From NCBI GenBank assembly GCA_046597055.1, contig JBKJLC010000207.1, positions 1-19,824 of the forward strand: a DNA stretch of 19,824 bases. Direction: 5' to 3'. How positions within the stretch are numbered: the stretch's first letter is position 1; each line of letters starts with the position of its first letter. This DNA is from Kofleriaceae bacterium. Its GTDB lineage: Bacteria > Myxococcota_A > Polyangia > Haliangiales > Haliangiaceae. The notes below the pieces were generated by a model, which ran no database searches, had not been told where the DNA came from, and worked only from the letters and a program-made list of their open reading frames with translations. Of this stretch, positions 17,356-19,824 are shown piece after piece. Made by a program: the position numbers and the translations under genes.

Positions 17356-19128
17356 CTAATTTGTAAACGGGCAGGTCAGTCCCTTCGCCGCATCCGCGGT
17401 GAGGAACTGCGCGTAGTTCAGTTTTGCCCGGCACTCCTGGTGCTTGAGGAACTCGAGCGTGAACTCCTCCCAGTGCGTCGACGGGACGATCTGGAAGTTG
17501 AGCGTGGCGATCTTCTTGTTCGGGTTCCTCGGAACGCCCTTGGTCGGATCGGTATTCGACGGATCGGAGTAGTCGTGCATGCCGAAGTTGCGGATGTGGC
17601 ACTGCGAGCAAGTCATGCCGTTCTCTTCACCGACGTCGCGGCGGCCGTCCTCGAGCGCGAGGTTCGCGACCATGAACTTGGTCTTGTGCTCGATGTAGAG
17701 GTGGTTGGAGTCGATCCGGCCGCCCTTGACCTTGTCCCCGGTCAGGTCCGGCAGATCGACGAAGCCGAGCGTCTTGCGACACAGGATCTCGTGGCCCGGT
17801 GCGAGCTGCTTGTCGCCCTTGGTCCACCGCGGTCCGCAGGTGGGAACCCAGGCCTTCTTGTCCTCGGACGGCACCGTGTGCGTCCAGAAGCCGGGGATGA
17901 TCACGTTGGTGTACTGCTGCGTCGTGCCCTCGGACGTGATGAACGGCTTCTGCGCGCTCCAGCCCCAGCCATCGCCGTGCTTGTACGTGCCGTCAGGATT
18001 ACGCGCGGAACCTCCGCCCATGCGTGCCTCGAGCGCGATGCCGATCGCGAACGTCTTGAGGTACGGCGCGGTCTTCGTGTCGTCGTACGCCATCAGCTCG
18101 GTCATGAACGCGCCGACTGCCTTGCTGTGCTGGGCCTGATTCTTGAGAAACTTTTCGCTCGGTGCGCCGTTGTCGAGGAGGTGCTTCGCAACGAGGCCGA
18201 GGAACACCTTGTTGTTCGCGGTGCGCTCCTCGGCGGGACGTGGCAGTGCGGGCACGAACTCCGTGACCGGACGGATCCGGAACATCGCGAACACCGGTTC
18301 GGGAGCCTTGATCGCCTGATAGACGACGCGAAGCTCGGTCCACGCGCGATCGATCCGCGGCCGGATCGTCACGATCTTCCACGCCTTCGGATCGCCGAAC
18401 ACGGCCTTGTCGAACTCGGGCGCCTTGGGATCGAGTCGCGGGTTGCCGTGCGTCTGCGCGAACGCGGACAGGAAGCCGTCGAACAGCACGGCCTTGTCGA
18501 GCTTGCCGGTCAGCGCCGCCGCCTTGTCCGCGGCGAACTGCGGTTTGAAGCCTTCCGCGGCGACGAGCAGCAGCCTGTCGAGCGGCCAGTCCTTGTTGAC
18601 CTGCTCGAGCCGCTTGGTCTGCCGGATCATCAACACCGTCTCGATCACCGCAGACTTCTGCTCGGCGACCGGTACGGGCTGCTTTTTCGGGGTGACCTCG
18701 AACGTCCAGGTCACGGACTCCGAGCCTTTGCGTGCGGGCTGGGTGACGAACAGCGTGAAGTCCGCGCTCGGCATGTCCGCCTTGGTCGGCGTCCACGTCA
18801 CCGTCTGCGTGATCGCATCGAACTTCGCGGACGCTGGCATCTTCGTCACTTCGACGCGCGTGTCGTCGAGGTCTTGATCGATCGCGGTCGTCGCGAAGCT
18901 GATCGTCTGGCCCACGCCGACCTTCTTGATCTGGGGCTCGAACAGCTCGGGCGGCCGATCCGCGGCGGCCGGCGGCTCAGGCGTCGGCGGCTCGGGCGGC
19001 GTGAGCAGCGTGGCGGTGTCGGAGCCCGCGGATCCGGGACCGGGCGGCGGTGCCGGCGTCTTGCCGCCACACGCGTGGGTCGTCAGCGAAACCAAGCCGA
19101 GCAGAACGAAGCCTCTAGCATTCCCCAT
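17356..19128 (-). CDS. Lipoprotein with an Ig/cadherin-like domain and one CxxCH motif (putative c-type cytochrome), 590 aa
   Basis: [20 protein letters not shown], Pro-rich tether, [15 protein letters not shown]...[18 protein letters not shown] near the C-terminus; stop is 1 nt from the next start. Confidence 0.75.
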   Translation of the reverse strand: MGNARGFVLLGLVSLTTHACGGKTPAPPPGPGSAGSDTATLLTPPEPPTPEPPAAADRPPELFEPQIKKVGVGQTISFATTAIDQDLDDTRVEVTKMPASAKFDAITQTVTWTPTKADMPSADFTLFVTQPARKGSESVTWTFEVTPKKQPVPVAEQKSAVIETVLMIRQTKRLEQVNKDWPLDRLLLVAAEGFKPQFAADKAAALTGKLDKAVLFDGFLSAFAQTHGNPRLDPKAPEFDKAVFGDPKAWKIVTIRPRIDRAWTELRVVYQAIKAPEPVFAMFRIRPVTEFVPALPRPAEERTANNKVFLGLVAKHLLDNGAPSEKFLKNQAQHSKAVGAFMTELMAYDDTKTAPYLKTFAIGIALEARMGGGSARNPDGTYKHGDGWGWSAQKPFITSEGTTQQYTNVIIPGFWTHTVPSEDKKAWVPTCGPRWTKGDKQLAPGHEILCRKTLGFVDLPDLTGDKVKGGRIDSNHLYIEHKTKFMVANLALEDGRRDVGEENGMTCSQCHIRNFGMHDYSDPSNTDPTKGVPRNPNKKIATLNFQIVPSTHWEEFTLEFLKHQECRAKLNYAQFLTADAAKGLTCPFTN

Positions 19129-19137
19129 GCGTCGGGC

Positions 19138-19158
19138 ATCGTACCACCATGCTAGCTT
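19138..19158. promoter_or_regulatory. Back-to-back extended -10 elements in a 40-bp divergent gap
   Basis: Minus strand TG-G-TACGAT is 9 nt before ATG 19128; plus strand TG-C-TAGCTT is 10 nt before ATG 19169. Confidence 0.6.
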
Positions 19159-19168
19159 CCGCTCGCCG

Positions 19169-19824
19169 ATGACGACCGACCTTCCGACGCTCGCGATCAA
19201 CACGATCCGTACGCTGGCGATCGATGCCATCCAGAAGGCGAACTCGGGTCACCCGGGATTGCCACTCGGCTGCGCACCGATGGCGTACACGCTGTGGCAA
19301 CGCCACCACAAACACGATCCGAAATCGCCGCACTGGTTCGATCGCGATCGGTTCGTGCTGTCCGCCGGTCACGGCTCGATGTTGCTCTACTCGCTCCTCC
19401 ATCTCACCGGATACGAGCTCTCGCTCGAAGAGATCAAGAACTTCCGGCAGTGGGGCAGCAAGACACCGGGCCACCCCGAGTGGCAGCAGGGCGACCATCC
19501 CGGCGCTGCGCACGAGACGCCCGGCGTCGAGGCGACCACCGGTCCGCTCGGTCAGGGCGCGGCAAACGCGGTCGGCATGGCGATCGCCGAGAAGTACCTC
19601 GCGAAGCACTTCAACCGGCCCGGCCACGACGTGATCGATCACTTCACCTACGCCCTCGTCTCCGACGGCGACGTCATGGAAGGCGTCGCGTGCGAGGCCG
19701 CCAGCATCGCGGGCCACCTCGGGCTCGGCAAGCTGATCTATCTGTACGACGCGAACCAGGTCACGCTCGACGGTCCCCTGTCGCTCGTGATGTCCGAGGA
19801 TGTCGGCGCCCGCTACGCCGCTTC
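19169..19824 (+). CDS. tkt: Transketolase, 5' part (runs off the window; absent from the ORF track)
   Basis: Hand translation: [34 protein letters not shown]...[25 protein letters not shown]...TPGHPE...TTGPLGQG...SDGDVMEG...[15 protein letters not shown]. Confidence 0.97.
   Translation, partial: MTTDLPTLAINTIRTLAIDAIQKANSGHPGLPLGCAPMAYTLWQRHHKHDPKSPHWFDRDRFVLSAGHGSMLLYSLLHLTGYELSLEEIKNFRQWGSKTPGHPEWQQGDHPGAAHETPGVEATTGPLGQGAANAVGMAIAEKYLAKHFNRPGHDVIDHFTYALVSDGDVMEGVACEAASIAGHLGLGKLIYLYDANQVTLDGPLSLVMSEDVGARYAA

Noticed and set aside
17356..19128. Apparently lower GC as a sign of horizontal transfer
   Set aside because: Not quantified; the Lys/Phe-rich protein explains it, third positions remain mostly G/C, and no mobility genes are present.
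14046..19155. 1106-aa and 669-aa plus-strand ORFs
   Set aside because: Antisense shadows of the Fe-S/cNMP and CxxCH genes; no recognisable motifs.

Overview
Very GC-rich bacterial DNA. The gene content (zinc-ribbon Ser/Thr kinase, FHA proteins, PP2C, many lipoproteins, HEAT/cNMP fusion) suggests Myxococcota; this is an inference. I support 15 complete genes plus the 5' part of a transketolase gene, and consider most long ORFs in the supplied track to be GC shadows. Left to right: (1) a translationally coupled minus-strand trio of lipoprotein, secreted Zn-phospholipase C/P1-nuclease-like protein and SMI1/KNR4(SUKH)-TPR protein; (2) a Ser/Thr phospho-signalling cluster of a triple zinc-ribbon double-FHA protein, tail-anchored PP2C, tail-anchored kinase, tail-anchored FHA protein, a C45/Ntn-hydrolase homologue lacking the catalytic Cys, and a membrane protein with three zinc ribbons; (3) a probable outer-membrane beta-barrel; (4) the best candidate for an undescribed system, a four-gene minus-strand unit with its own promoter. 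Two otherwise unrelated exported proteins in it share an N-terminal W[RK]TVV[VF]AGAMLGS motif and an identical C-terminal TGRGFILS tail, and they lie directly upstream of a ferritin-like di-iron enzyme and a lipoprotein; (5) a CxxCH lipoprotein followed by a membrane Fe-S/HEAT/cNMP-binding protein; (6) divergent tkt. Several genes have a -10 box only 6-10 nt before the start codon, suggesting leaderless or near-leaderless mRNAs. No rRNA, intact tRNA, CRISPR array or transposase was seen. All family assignments are by eye from motifs; no database search was run.
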